Shown here piece after piece: positions 26,573 through 35,444 of a stretch of 64,000 nt of DNA; position 1 is the first letter of the stretch; each line of letters starts with the position of its first letter. The position numbers were made by a program, and so were the translations under genes. The DNA is from a virus. The DNA lies in IMG/VR virus record IMGVR_UViG_3300035102_000507, one strand, 5' to 3'. Under the pieces are notes generated by a model, which was given only the letters and a program-made list of their open reading frames with translations, searched no databases and was not told the origin of the DNA.

Positions 26573-28393
26573 CTATGCGGCCGCTGTTTCGGCCGTTCTC
26601 AACTCGACATTGGCGCGGACCAGAGCGGCAGCCATGGGCGGGCAAACCGAGTTGCCACACATGCGGACCTGGTCGGTCTTGGTCATCTTGTTGCCGTCCG
26701 CGTCGTGGTCGATGATGTATGTGTCGGGAAATCCCTGTGCACGGTAAAGTTCGCGGGGTTGGAGCATACGCATGCCAATGTCGGCAATGACGTATTCCTC
26801 ACCCTCGACAGTCACGAGTCCGAACCGGTCCTGTGCCGTAACAGTATGCATAGGCCCGCCTGCCTCTTGCCCGATCCCCTGCCCGTAGTATTTGCAAAGA
26901 AATGCCCGCACTTCGGCATGATGGAGTCCGCCGGCTGAAACTGTATGCAACGGTTCATCGGTCGGCTGGCCGACATTGGTGCCGCGCATTTTGACGAGGC
27001 TTGAAGAAACCACGGAGTTGTGGTCGCGAGTCGTAACAGTCGGCGCAGGCTTGTCTAGGTCCGTGCCGACAACTCCGGTGAAATGTTTGGCAAGGAACCC
27101 GGAGACAAGAGCGTGTTTCACCCCACCGGCCACCGCCGTGCCGAGCGGCTTGTCCAGGCCCGGCACGCGAGGAGATTGTCCCTCTCGCTCCCCGTAGCCC
27201 GTCTGAATGAGCGTAGGAGAAACGAGGCCGAATCTGTTCTCAGTCGGGACCGTTCGCATGGGGGCTTGGATGTCCGGCAGGCGCATAGCCTTGGAACCTT
27301 TGCCTGCATAATGAGCCTCCAGGAAAGGAAACACCACGGCGAAATGACCGCCCTTGACCTGGGCGCATTGTGTCCGCAGCGGGTCGGCGGCAGCCATGTT
27401 GCGCTGGTTGGAACTGTTGGCATGCTCCGTGAGGTATGGAGCAACCAAGGAAAATCCGGGGTCTTTGGTCACAGTCTGCAAAGGCTCGTCCACGCCCTGC
27501 CCGCGAAAGCAGTTGTAATAGCTGGCCGTGTGGTTGGCCTTCACGATAAACGGTTCTGCCGCTTCCAGAACGTACCGCTTGATCCCTTCCGCAATGCGTT
27601 TGAGCGTCTTCTCGGCCAAGGGACGCTTGGCACGGACACCGTACTTCTGGAAAACATCCTCCGATGCATCGAAGATGGACGGGCAGGGGATTGACCAGTC
27701 GATGCAATCCGCAGCGGTTCGCCATGGCAAGAGCTCGCCGGACTGCACGGCTTGGCCCTTGGGGTCGCCGTGCGTCGGCTCCGGCCATGCGATGGGCTGA
27801 CCGTCGCAGCGGGCAATCAGGAACAGACGCTTGCGGATGGTGGGAGCGCCGTAGTCGCATGCCCTGAGCTCTTTCCATTCGACTCTGTATCCGGCCCGGC
27901 GAAGGCGATTGATGAACTGGCGGAAGGTGTCGCCCTTGGCCGTTTCAATGATTCGGCCTCGACTGTCCAGAGGCCCCCAAGTAGTAAACTCCTCGACGTT
28001 CTCCATGATGATGACGCGGGGCCGGACTTCGGGAATCCATTTGTCCACCAGAACCATGGCCAGTGAACGTATCTTGTCACACCTAATGGGTGCGCCGCCC
28101 TTGGCCTTTGAGAAGTGGGTACAGTCAGGCGATGCCCAAAGTAGCCCGACCGGGCGGCCCTTGGTCACCCATGAAGGCGACACCGACCAGACATCATTCG
28201 TGAAGTGGACGGTATCCGGATGGTTGGCCTTGTGCATCGCCACGGCCTTGGGGTTGTGGTTCACCGCAGCGGCAGGGTTCTTGCCGGTCGCAATGCGGAT
28301 GCCCTCGGATGCACCGCCGCCACCGGCGAACAAGTCCACCACGATCTCGTCTTGGGGCGCGCCGCCAGCTGTCATATCAAAAAGGTTTCGCAT
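26573..28393 (-). CDS. C5 DNA cytosine methyltransferase with a long repetitive variable region
   Basis: DLFAGGGG (motif I), SPDC (IV), ENV (VI), PTIRKR (VIII), GNSV (X). Confidence 0.92.
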   Translation of the reverse strand: MRNLFDMTAGGAPQDEIVVDLFAGGGGASEGIRIATGKNPAAAVNHNPKAVAMHKANHPDTVHFTNDVWSVSPSWVTKGRPVGLLWASPDCTHFSKAKGGAPIRCDKIRSLAMVLVDKWIPEVRPRVIIMENVEEFTTWGPLDSRGRIIETAKGDTFRQFINRLRRAGYRVEWKELRACDYGAPTIRKRLFLIARCDGQPIAWPEPTHGDPKGQAVQSGELLPWRTAADCIDWSIPCPSIFDASEDVFQKYGVRAKRPLAEKTLKRIAEGIKRYVLEAAEPFIVKANHTASYYNCFRGQGVDEPLQTVTKDPGFSLVAPYLTEHANSSNQRNMAAADPLRTQCAQVKGGHFAVVFPFLEAHYAGKGSKAMRLPDIQAPMRTVPTENRFGLVSPTLIQTGYGEREGQSPRVPGLDKPLGTAVAGGVKHALVSGFLAKHFTGVVGTDLDKPAPTVTTRDHNSVVSSSLVKMRGTNVGQPTDEPLHTVSAGGLHHAEVRAFLCKYYGQGIGQEAGGPMHTVTAQDRFGLVTVEGEEYVIADIGMRMLQPRELYRAQGFPDTYIIDHDADGNKMTKTDQVRMCGNSVCPPMAAALVRANVELRTAETAAA

Positions 28394-28414
28394 GTATTCT
28401 CCGATGTCGCAGAA

Positions 28415-28774
28415 CTATCGATCGGTTACCTTGCGCAGCTTCGCTGCCATAATTTTGCAGTTGTCGACCCATCCTGAACATTCGCAACACCTGGCGCACT
28501 CGCAAGCGTCGTCAAGGTAGCCGCGTAAGCGCTTGTTCTCCGCAACTAGCTTGCGAATGACTTGCGGGTATTCAGCAAACCCTCCATCCGGACGGATTCC
28601 CAGTTCAATAAACGCATTCATGATAGGGATGAGCGCGTTATGGTCTAAGGCTGCCCACTTCCGCTCAGACTCCAACTCAGCCCGCAGTAGCCTGTTCTCC
28701 TTCGAGAGGGCCGCCACGCGGTTGCGCAGTATGCCCCTGGCGAGGTGGCGTCTGGTCTCTTCTGCGTTGTCCAT
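28415..28774 (-). CDS. Hypothetical protein
   Basis: MDNAEETRR... with a GGAGAG RBS; coiled coil plus C-terminal Cys cluster. Confidence 0.55.
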   Translation of the reverse strand: MDNAEETRRHLARGILRNRVAALSKENRLLRAELESERKWAALDHNALIPIMNAFIELGIRPDGGFAEYPQVIRKLVAENKRLRGYLDDACECARCCECSGWVDNCKIMAAKLRKVTDR

Positions 28775-28840
28775 CGTCTGCTCTCCTTGTTGCTTCGCAA
28801 TCATCCCGCAGGGCACGAGGTTCGCGCCCTGTGCGGATGG

Positions 28841-29998
28841 CTACGCGGCCTTTCTTTTGATGGTTACAGAGTCATCACCGCAGGATACCGTGACGCTGGT
28901 TCCCTCTTGCGCGAGCCCGAGCAAGCACTCCCGCAAGCTCTGGAAGCTGCCGAAGTCGTGGCCGACCTGCTCGACATAGTGGACGATGAGGTGCTGGAGC
29001 ATCCCGAACGCCTCTTCGATGTTGCCGATTTGGATCAGCATGGCGCCGGCGACGTCCTCGGCGTCCAGATGGGTGACAGGGGGGATAGTCACGGAGTTGA
29101 TGCTCGGCAGCGACTCGCCAAGCAGGTCCATGTATGCCAATTTTTCCACGCCTTCGTCGACGTAGCGCTCGAAGGAGACACCAGCCTGCACAACCTGCTT
29201 GCCGCTCTGCACGCCCTGAATGATCTCCATGAACTCGCCTTCGGCCTCGCCGGAGACGCTCGCCGCGATGGACTCGTGCGCGTCGGCGATAGTGATCTTG
29301 TCCTCGATGTAGGCGACGAAGTTGGTGTCGTAGACGTGATAGTCGTTGCCGCTGGCCCGCTCCTTCCAGAGCCACGTCAGGAACCCACGCACAAACTCCG
29401 AGCGGGACGCGATGTCCTCGACCATGGGGAGCATGTCGCAGAGCTCGAACGGGGCGAGTGTGTACTCGGGGCCAAACGCCGCGTTGAAGACGTTTTCAAC
29501 CCTCGTGAGGGCGGTCTTGGATTTGTCCGTCACAAAGACCAGGTCGGTTTTTGTGTTCCAGATCACATCCACGACCTTCGGGACCGGGGGCATGTGGGCC
29601 AGCATGCGCAGTTTGACCTGCTCCTTGATCTCCTTTTTGCGTTCGCGGGAGACGAAGTTTTTCCCCTGATCCCTGTTGCGTTCCAGTTCGGCATCAACCG
29701 CGTCCTCAAACTCTTTATTGAGGGCTGCGGCCGGGACCTTGCGCTCGTCGGCCCGGAGTGAAAATACGATGTACTCATCAAACTCCGTGTTGGCGGGACC
29801 GAAGTTCGTGGAGCGGTAGTTCTCGAAGGTCGCTGCGCCGAAACTGTGTTCGACTGATCCCGACTCGGGCCCGATGGGGCTGAATGCGACACGAGCCAGC
29901 TTGTCATAGCTACGGTCTCCGATATCCAGCACTCCCTGGTCACTCTTCACGGCCCTGAAAACCGTCAGGGGATGTGTTTTGAAAAGTCTGCCCATCAC
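28841..29998 (-). CDS. rdgC: RdgC-family recombination-associated protein
   Basis: LR.DERKVP.A.L, SRE.KKEIKE.V...L motifs; adjacent to recT/recE. Confidence 0.75.
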   Translation of the reverse strand: MMGRLFKTHPLTVFRAVKSDQGVLDIGDRSYDKLARVAFSPIGPESGSVEHSFGAATFENYRSTNFGPANTEFDEYIVFSLRADERKVPAAALNKEFEDAVDAELERNRDQGKNFVSRERKKEIKEQVKLRMLAHMPPVPKVVDVIWNTKTDLVFVTDKSKTALTRVENVFNAAFGPEYTLAPFELCDMLPMVEDIASRSEFVRGFLTWLWKERASGNDYHVYDTNFVAYIEDKITIADAHESIAASVSGEAEGEFMEIIQGVQSGKQVVQAGVSFERYVDEGVEKLAYMDLLGESLPSINSVTIPPVTHLDAEDVAGAMLIQIGNIEEAFGMLQHLIVHYVEQVGHDFGSFQSLRECLLGLAQEGTSVTVSCGDDSVTIKRKAA

Positions 29999-30084
29999 GT
30001 CCTCGCTTCTGGGGGTTGCGGCTGACCGGGGCCATGTGGGGGCAGTCCCCGGCCAGCCAGGTTAAGGGATGAGGGTACGGAGAT

Positions 30085-31023
30085 TTATGCAAACACGGCT
30101 GCCGGATCGGCACCGCTAGCGAGCTGCATATAGGCATCAGCCAGAGCCTGGCGTTCCTTACGGGCCCACTGTCCGTAGCTCTTACCGACGAGCTTGGTCA
30201 TGTCCTGCTCGGTGATGTCGTAGCCTCGGAGCCATTCGAAGAGGGCTTTCTTGCGGTCGGCGGCGCTGAGGCCGAGGTATTCCTCGCCGAGCTGCTGTTC
30301 CGCGTCCTGTTCTTCGGCGGCCGGTTCGGGCTGCGGGTCGGGGGTGCTGGGCTGTTCCTCTGCGGAGGTATCCACGATGGTCTCGTTCAGGTCTGCGGCA
30401 GTAGGGGCAGCCATTTCCGTAGCCGTGTACGTCCCGTCTTCGGAGCGGTGCAGGTCCACGGTCTCGCGGATTTCGTCGGCGGTGTGGAGACCCATGGCGA
30501 TTTCCGGGGCATAGGCTCGGATGAACCACGCTGCGGCCCGGTACATCAGCATCTGCTGGGGCATGGTCTGCCACTTGGAACCGCTCTTATTGTACCAGCC
30601 TTCTTTTTTCGCCAGTCCAATGGACACCCACGAGCCCTTGAGTTCCTCGCCGCTTTCTTTTTCGACCGCCCATGCTCGGCAGGCCCAGCCGTCCGTGCCT
30701 TCTTTGCCCTTGAACTCGTAGCGGAGTGCTGAAAATTTCGGGTTGTTGTTGAACGTCGCGATCAGGAATTGCGCGGACCATCCGGGAGTGCCGTGCACGA
30801 CATACAGGTTCTGCATGACCATGAGCGGGTCAGCCCCGATGCGCGCGGACATGTTCAGCGCGATCATGCAGTTCGGCGCGTTGCCGCGAAACCGTTCCGG
30901 GACGAGGTTCGACGCGGCCAGATCGACAGAGATTTTCTTCGCCAGGGCGTATGAGTTGCTGTCAAGCATCCCTACGCTTACGGCCTGCGTCATTTCGGTC
31001 CGCTCGGCGGGTACATGGGTCAT
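30085..31023 (-). CDS. recT: RecT/Redbeta-family single-strand annealing protein
   Basis: VP..F.G...NC.IA, V.HG.PGWSAQF, W...PQQML.YRA motifs; TAATG-coupled to the exonuclease. Confidence 0.75.
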   Translation of the reverse strand: MTHVPAERTEMTQAVSVGMLDSNSYALAKKISVDLAASNLVPERFRGNAPNCMIALNMSARIGADPLMVMQNLYVVHGTPGWSAQFLIATFNNNPKFSALRYEFKGKEGTDGWACRAWAVEKESGEELKGSWVSIGLAKKEGWYNKSGSKWQTMPQQMLMYRAAAWFIRAYAPEIAMGLHTADEIRETVDLHRSEDGTYTATEMAAPTAADLNETIVDTSAEEQPSTPDPQPEPAAEEQDAEQQLGEEYLGLSAADRKKALFEWLRGYDITEQDMTKLVGKSYGQWARKERQALADAYMQLASGADPAAVFA

Positions 31024-31847
31024 TATGCTGCCTCCTTCTTCGCCGCCCACCTGGGCAGGCTGATTTCTTCGATTAACTCCGAGTATGCGGGCCAATAGTT
31101 AGCGGCCTTGCACTCGGACAGTTTGACCATGAGGTCATTTGCGATCATCTTGCCGACCTGAATCATTTCGTAGTCAGCTAGGTAGACGCCGACCGCGTAG
31201 GGCGGTTCTTTCTCCTGAGCGATAAACACGAAGCTGGTGGGCTCGACGATATCCGCACCGCTCTGTCTGATTGCTGCCGCGCAACCGTCCAAGTAGTGGC
31301 CTGCTGAAATGTGGTATCCGTAGTTCCAGATTGCCTTGGCAAAGGCTTCGGGACTGGCGTCGGTCGTCGACTTATAGTCGATGATTATGCCGTCATGGCG
31401 CCAGAAGTCCGGACGGCACTTGCCAAACTCTCCGCTGCGCTCGTCAGTCCAGTAGGCCGACACTTCCGCCTGTCCAGCCCCGGGGACGAGCAAGGCTTTT
31501 GCCTTGGGGTGCGAGTGCACCTGTTCAACCATTGCCATGATGGTTTCGGCCTCGGACTTTTTGATGAGGTCCATGCCCTCATGCTCGGCAGCGAATTCTT
31601 TCCACTCTTTGCGATTCTTGGCGCAGTCAGGACCGACAGCTACGGTGGAGTCGAACTTTTCGGGCTCAAGCACCGCCGTGTGAATCAGTTGCCCGAAGCG
31701 GAGCGCGTCGGTCTCTTTGCGCTGCTCAGCCATGTACGCACGGTAGTGGGCCGGGCTTTGCCGCAGCTTCTTGAGGGCCGTAGAAGACGCGCCGGGGCTG
31801 GCGTGGTACTCGGCGTTCGGGATGTCGTGGTAAATACCAGGACGCAT
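31023..31847 (-). CDS. RecE-like PD-(D/E)XK exonuclease (DUF3799 / ExoVIII type)
   Basis: Y..I.N.EYH, G...H..VLEP, KCRPD, DYKST, Y..S..HY motifs. Confidence 0.85.
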   Translation of the reverse strand: MRPGIYHDIPNAEYHASPGASSTALKKLRQSPAHYRAYMAEQRKETDALRFGQLIHTAVLEPEKFDSTVAVGPDCAKNRKEWKEFAAEHEGMDLIKKSEAETIMAMVEQVHSHPKAKALLVPGAGQAEVSAYWTDERSGEFGKCRPDFWRHDGIIIDYKSTTDASPEAFAKAIWNYGYHISAGHYLDGCAAAIRQSGADIVEPTSFVFIAQEKEPPYAVGVYLADYEMIQVGKMIANDLMVKLSECKAANYWPAYSELIEEISLPRWAAKKEAA

Positions 31848-31849
31848 GG

Positions 31850-32305
31850 CTAGGCCGCCTCCTTCCGCATGTCCTGCTTGTCCCGGGCACGCAGGCACTC
31901 CAGAGCCAGCTCGTGGCGCCGCTCCATATGCCTGTAGTCGCTCAGTGCGTTTTGCATGGTGCCGATGCACTCCTGCGCATATTCCGGCCAGGACTCCCAG
32001 CCGGATCCGCAGGCCGGGCAGATCGCTTCGAGCGGCGTGTCGTCCACGACGTTGGTCATGATCTTGACCTCGTGGCCTTCGTAAGCGCAGTGGGGACAGA
32101 GGGCGTCCTTGCTCGCGCGGAACTTTTCGCACGCCCAGAGTCCGACCTGTTCGTCGGCGCCGATGTGGTGGTTGAGGTCGCAGACCTCGCGCTGTTCGCC
32201 GACGGGGATGAACTCGTAGCCGACTATCTTCGTCGGGCCGTCTTCAGTCTTGGCCGAGCAGTTGTGACAGTTGACGGTCGCGGGGGAGTTGAAATCGCAG
32301 GTCAT
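31850..32305 (-). CDS. Cys-rich hypothetical protein
   Basis: 151 aa with several CxxC pairs. Confidence 0.6.
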   Translation of the reverse strand: MTCDFNSPATVNCHNCSAKTEDGPTKIVGYEFIPVGEQREVCDLNHHIGADEQVGLWACEKFRASKDALCPHCAYEGHEVKIMTNVVDDTPLEAICPACGSGWESWPEYAQECIGTMQNALSDYRHMERRHELALECLRARDKQDMRKEAA

Positions 32306-32307
32306 AG

Positions 32308-32568
32308 CTACATTCCTCCGATGGCCGCGTATACGCCGAGGGCAAGCACGGTCAGGATTGCGGTCAAGCCGAAGACGGGCGGCCAGTCGGAACCGGACTC
32401 CTGCCGCTCTCGACAGCGCATGCAGTGGTCTTCGAAGATGTCTCCGCCGGGATCGGCGCAGGCGATCCGTACATACGGTTCACCGGCGGGGATTCTGCGC
32501 TTGCACTGAGAGCAGGTAACGCTCTGGGGGCTTCTCGCCCTGGTGCAGTGGATGATCGCACTTGCCAT
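32308..32568 (-). CDS. Zinc-ribbon plus C-terminal TM protein, first gene of the PL operon
   Basis: GGAGG RBS; CSQC...HCMRC and a C-terminal hydrophobic helix. Confidence 0.6.
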   Translation of the reverse strand: MASAIIHCTRARSPQSVTCSQCKRRIPAGEPYVRIACADPGGDIFEDHCMRCRERQESGSDWPPVFGLTAILTVLALGVYAAIGGM

Positions 32569-32847
32569 AGCTGCCTCCGTTGAAAGTTTGCCGGGTTCGG
32601 GGAACGCGCCCGGCTGTCGCGCTGATGGGAGCTTCCGCCTTACCCCTGGCCCCGTTTTACTGTCACCCTGACGGGCGGACACGGTGGCCCTGTCCATACC
32701 GCCCTCGGGCGGCGTCCAAAACGATGGTCTCGAAAATTGCCTCATCCAACCTTCTCCGCCCGTTCCGGGCTGGCGCAGCTCGTGGCCGCCTTTGGTGCGC
32801 TGATTTGCGGGCTAGTGCCGCGCTAGTTCCGCGCCGACTGTGACTGA

Positions 32848-32897
32848 ATGATGCCGTATGGAATTTATTGCGTCAAGAGATAAGTTCCAATTGGAAC
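32848..32897 (-). promoter_or_regulatory. PL promoter and palindromic operator
   Basis: TTGACG-17-CATCAT on the minus strand; perfect palindrome GTTCCAATTGGAAC at 32884-32897. Confidence 0.7.
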
Positions 32898-32909
32898 CAA
32901 TGGGGACAT

Positions 32910-32932
32910 AAAAAAGCCCGCCGAAGCGGGCT
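32910..32932 (-). terminator. Terminator of the cI/hicAB region
   Basis: AGCCCGC-TTCG-GCGGGCT followed by TTTTT on the minus strand. Confidence 0.85.
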
Positions 32933-32958
32933 GGGAGAGGGCGCGGAGAGAGAGGGCG

Positions 32959-33360
32959 TTAGGTGTCTTTAGTTATTCGCTTTAAAACTAGAAGTGCAGG
33001 GTGGCTGGTTGTAACATCCCCATCTTCTTCAATCTCTACTTGGAACAAGTGCTCCCCAGTTTCGCTGAATTCATATCCAGAAACCTTGAAGTCTAGCTGA
33101 AGAATCCCTTCCGTTATTTTTGTGTTGGCCGGTTCCCCAAGTTCTGAAGTTTCTCCACTTGGTGATATGTGTTTAAATCTGATGGTGGCATCAGGGATGT
33201 CATTCTTTGCAAGCCACCGTGAGGAGAGCACAAACCTCGGTGCTCTCACAGGGAACTTAGGGAATTCAGCAGTGTCTAATATAGAAACAAGAGACTGGCT
33301 CCCTGAGCCTTCCTCACGCATTGACCGTTCACACAACAGCGTCCAAAGATTTTTAATCAT
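32959..33360 (-). CDS. DUF6941-like protein
   Basis: LLCE.......G..SL..I.D N-terminal motif and G.H.F.V C-terminal motif; overlaps the hicB stop. Confidence 0.6.
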   Translation of the reverse strand: MIKNLWTLLCERSMREEGSGSQSLVSILDTAEFPKFPVRAPRFVLSSRWLAKNDIPDATIRFKHISPSGETSELGEPANTKITEGILQLDFKVSGYEFSETGEHLFQVEIEEDGDVTTSHPALLVLKRITKDT

Positions 33361-33838
33361 GTTTGTACACCCCGTAGTCGTGCAGCTTTTCCGACCTATG
33401 CCAAGAAAACTCCTCTTGCTGATCTTGACTGGAGAACAGTTCGATAGTCTTAACTAGATGAGTAATATCTTGAACCGTTGTTTTTTGGCACTGTTTGCAT
33501 TCGTGCTTTTTGTGAAGATGATTAACGACGGCGTCTTCCACCAGTTGCCCTTGTGTTTTGCCTGCCTCTATTGCGGCCATCGCGATTTGTCTATGAACCT
33601 CAGGAGTCGTACGTACCAGCATGCTTCCGTTAAAAGGCTTTTCCGGTTTCTCCCCAAGGTCCTCGCAAAATGCAATATAGTCATCAACGGCAGCGTGAAA
33701 CTCATCTTTGATTCTGGCCGGGTCGTTCGTATGAAATGATATAGAATCCTTAAGACCGTGGACGCGACCATAAATGATCCCTTCGTTAGGGTCTATTTCG
33801 ATTGTCGCAACATATTTCTTGTATTTCATTGTCGCCAT
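33353..33838 (-). CDS. hicB: HicB antitoxin with C-terminal extension
   Basis: YKKY.A.I..D, F...VDDY...C...G..PEKPFNG...VR..PE.HR motifs. Confidence 0.9.
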   Translation of the reverse strand: MATMKYKKYVATIEIDPNEGIIYGRVHGLKDSISFHTNDPARIKDEFHAAVDDYIAFCEDLGEKPEKPFNGSMLVRTTPEVHRQIAMAAIEAGKTQGQLVEDAVVNHLHKKHECKQCQKTTVQDITHLVKTIELFSSQDQQEEFSWHRSEKLHDYGVYKHD

Positions 33839-33849
33839 TGGGTTCCTCC

Positions 33850-34149
33850 TTATGTTTCTTCGAGAATCCCTGCGTTGAGTAAAAAATCGATCACATCTTT
33901 GACCTGATAATCGTGCAAAACCTTATCCCGCCCATGAGGCTTGTGGAGTCTTAGTTTGCACCCGTTCAGTGCCGCCATTATCCCAGACCCGCTTTTTGTC
34001 TCTTTCACAACTCCCTCAGCTTTCACGATCATTGCCGCCACGGGCTCCCACTCCATCGTTTTGGGGGCTGGTTTGCTGAGAAGTTTGTTGAGCGTCTTTC
34101 GGTGCTTTCTGGATAAGACTAGCTTGGCGCTATCAGAAATTGATATCAT
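33850..34149 (-). CDS. hicA: HicA mRNA interferase toxin
   Basis: KH.KTL, LNG...LHKPH, Y.VK.V..FL motifs; start reassigned to ATG 34149. Confidence 0.85.
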   Translation of the reverse strand: MISISDSAKLVLSRKHRKTLNKLLSKPAPKTMEWEPVAAMIVKAEGVVKETKSGSGIMAALNGCKLRLHKPHGRDKVLHDYQVKDVIDFLLNAGILEET

Positions 34150-34160
34150 CGCTTGGTTCC

Positions 34161-34188
34161 AATATGAAACTTTTTCAAAGTTTGTCAA
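34161..34188 (-). promoter_or_regulatory. hicAB promoter with an inverted repeat in the spacer
   Basis: TTGACA (34188-34183) then CATATT; AAACTTT..AAAGTTT inverted repeat in the spacer. Confidence 0.55.
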
Positions 34189-34214
34189 TGGTCGTGAGAC
34201 GTTTTTGGAATTAA

Positions 34215-34949
34215 CTATTTCCTACTCATATCCGACCAAGCCCAGACCACGCGGCCAATGACCGCCCGGTCAATATCACCGCCGTATTCTTCTGTGAGTG
34301 AATACAGGGTAGGGGCGTGCTCCACATTGTCCGAGTAAAAGGTCAGCATCATGTCGCCGTTCTTTTGCTTGATCGAGACCCGCTTGACCGTGACCGAATC
34401 GTCCGGCTCCCGGACAAGGAAGATGTTCCCCGGCGGGGCGAACCGGTCCTTGAAGTCATCCCGGTCCACGAGAAGAATGTCCTGGGGATGGAGGGTCGGC
34501 ACCATGGAGTCCTGACCCTTGCCGATCTCTACCGCGATGAGGTTGGTGCGGAAGCGGACAGAGTCGTGGTTCTTCCAAACGAGAACCCATGACTTGATGA
34601 AGTCATCAGGGACCATGCCTCGGCCTGCGGCCACGCTACCCTCAGCGAGCGGCACGGCTATGTAGTCCTCCGGGATCGGATTCCCCATGTCCTCCACATT
34701 CAGACGCTGTGGAGCCACGAAGCAGACGTCTTTAGCAACGTCCTTCTCGTCTTCGGGGAAAGTCACCTTTGCGCCCAGCGTTTCCAGTATGCTGCTCAGC
34801 TTACCGAAGTCCGCAACGCGAGACTTGGAAAACCATCTGGTCAGCATAGTCGGGTTTACGTCTGCAAAGTCGGCAAACTTCCGAACGCTCCCGTAGCGGT
34901 TTCTGATCTCACGCTCTACGCGCTTCAGGGTGTCATCATAAAGAGGCAT
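34215..34949 (-). CDS. CI-like repressor (HTH plus S24 peptidase)
   Basis: N-terminal HTH; G.SM.PTL...D.LLVD and V.VKR catalytic motifs; AGGGGGG RBS before ATG 34949. Confidence 0.9.
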   Translation of the reverse strand: MPLYDDTLKRVEREIRNRYGSVRKFADFADVNPTMLTRWFSKSRVADFGKLSSILETLGAKVTFPEDEKDVAKDVCFVAPQRLNVEDMGNPIPEDYIAVPLAEGSVAAGRGMVPDDFIKSWVLVWKNHDSVRFRTNLIAVEIGKGQDSMVPTLHPQDILLVDRDDFKDRFAPPGNIFLVREPDDSVTVKRVSIKQKNGDMMLTFYSDNVEHAPTLYSLTEEYGGDIDRAVIGRVVWAWSDMSRK

Positions 34950-35001
34950 CCCCCCTGATACCAGACGGAACAACCCTTGTCTTGTTCCGGACGGATTCGT
35001 G

Positions 35002-35037
35002 TTGACTGTCTCTGATTCCATATGGCATCATCTCTCC
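35002..35037 (+). promoter_or_regulatory. PR promoter (leaderless cro)
   Basis: TTGACT-18-CATCAT, then 6 nt, then ATG; spacer ATTCCATATGGCATCAT nearly identical to PL. Confidence 0.7.
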
Positions 35038-35253
35038 ATGAATATCAAAGCTGACCTGAAAAATGTTCTGGCTGAGTCCGGGTGGTCTGCCTCAAGACTG
35101 GCAGCTGCTGCCGGTGTCTCCGCGCCGGTGGTCACTCGATTTTTGAGCGGGGCGCGAGCGGGGCTTCATTCGTCGACCCTCGAAAAACTCTGGCCCTTCA
35201 TCTACGGCGACAAGCGCCCGAACCCCGAACAAGCGCCGAAGGAGGCAGCATGA
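35038..35253 (+). CDS. Cro-like HTH protein
   Basis: 71 aa, divergent from cI; LA.AAGVS...V.RFL.G motif. Confidence 0.85.
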   Translation: MNIKADLKNVLAESGWSASRLAAAAGVSAPVVTRFLSGARAGLHSSTLEKLWPFIYGDKRPNPEQAPKEAA

Positions 35254-35444
35254 AGGCTACCGTGGTCGTTGATGATTATGGAGGTCTCACCGTCTACCTT
35301 GAAGCTTCTCAGCATAACCTGACAACCGTTCTGCAATCGCTTCTAGCCCTCGGGGCCGATGTTCAATTCGGACAAACAAGTCTCGACGGTTCCGGGAAAG
35401 TCGAATGTACGGGCGAAAAGGTCCAAGGTCATGGCGAAGAGTGA
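35250..35444 (+). CDS. Hypothetical protein
   Basis: GGAGG RBS; 4-bp overlap with cro. Confidence 0.5.
   Translation: MKATVVVDDYGGLTVYLEASQHNLTTVLQSLLALGADVQFGQTSLDGSGKVECTGEKVQGHGEE

Noticed and set aside
34150-34188. hicA start at TTG 34188
   Set aside because: That TTG is the -35 TTGACA of the hicAB promoter.
34950-35037. Extended N-termini of cI (35021) and cro (34999) from the ORF track
   Set aside because: They overlap the PR promoter/operator; downstream ATGs fit better.
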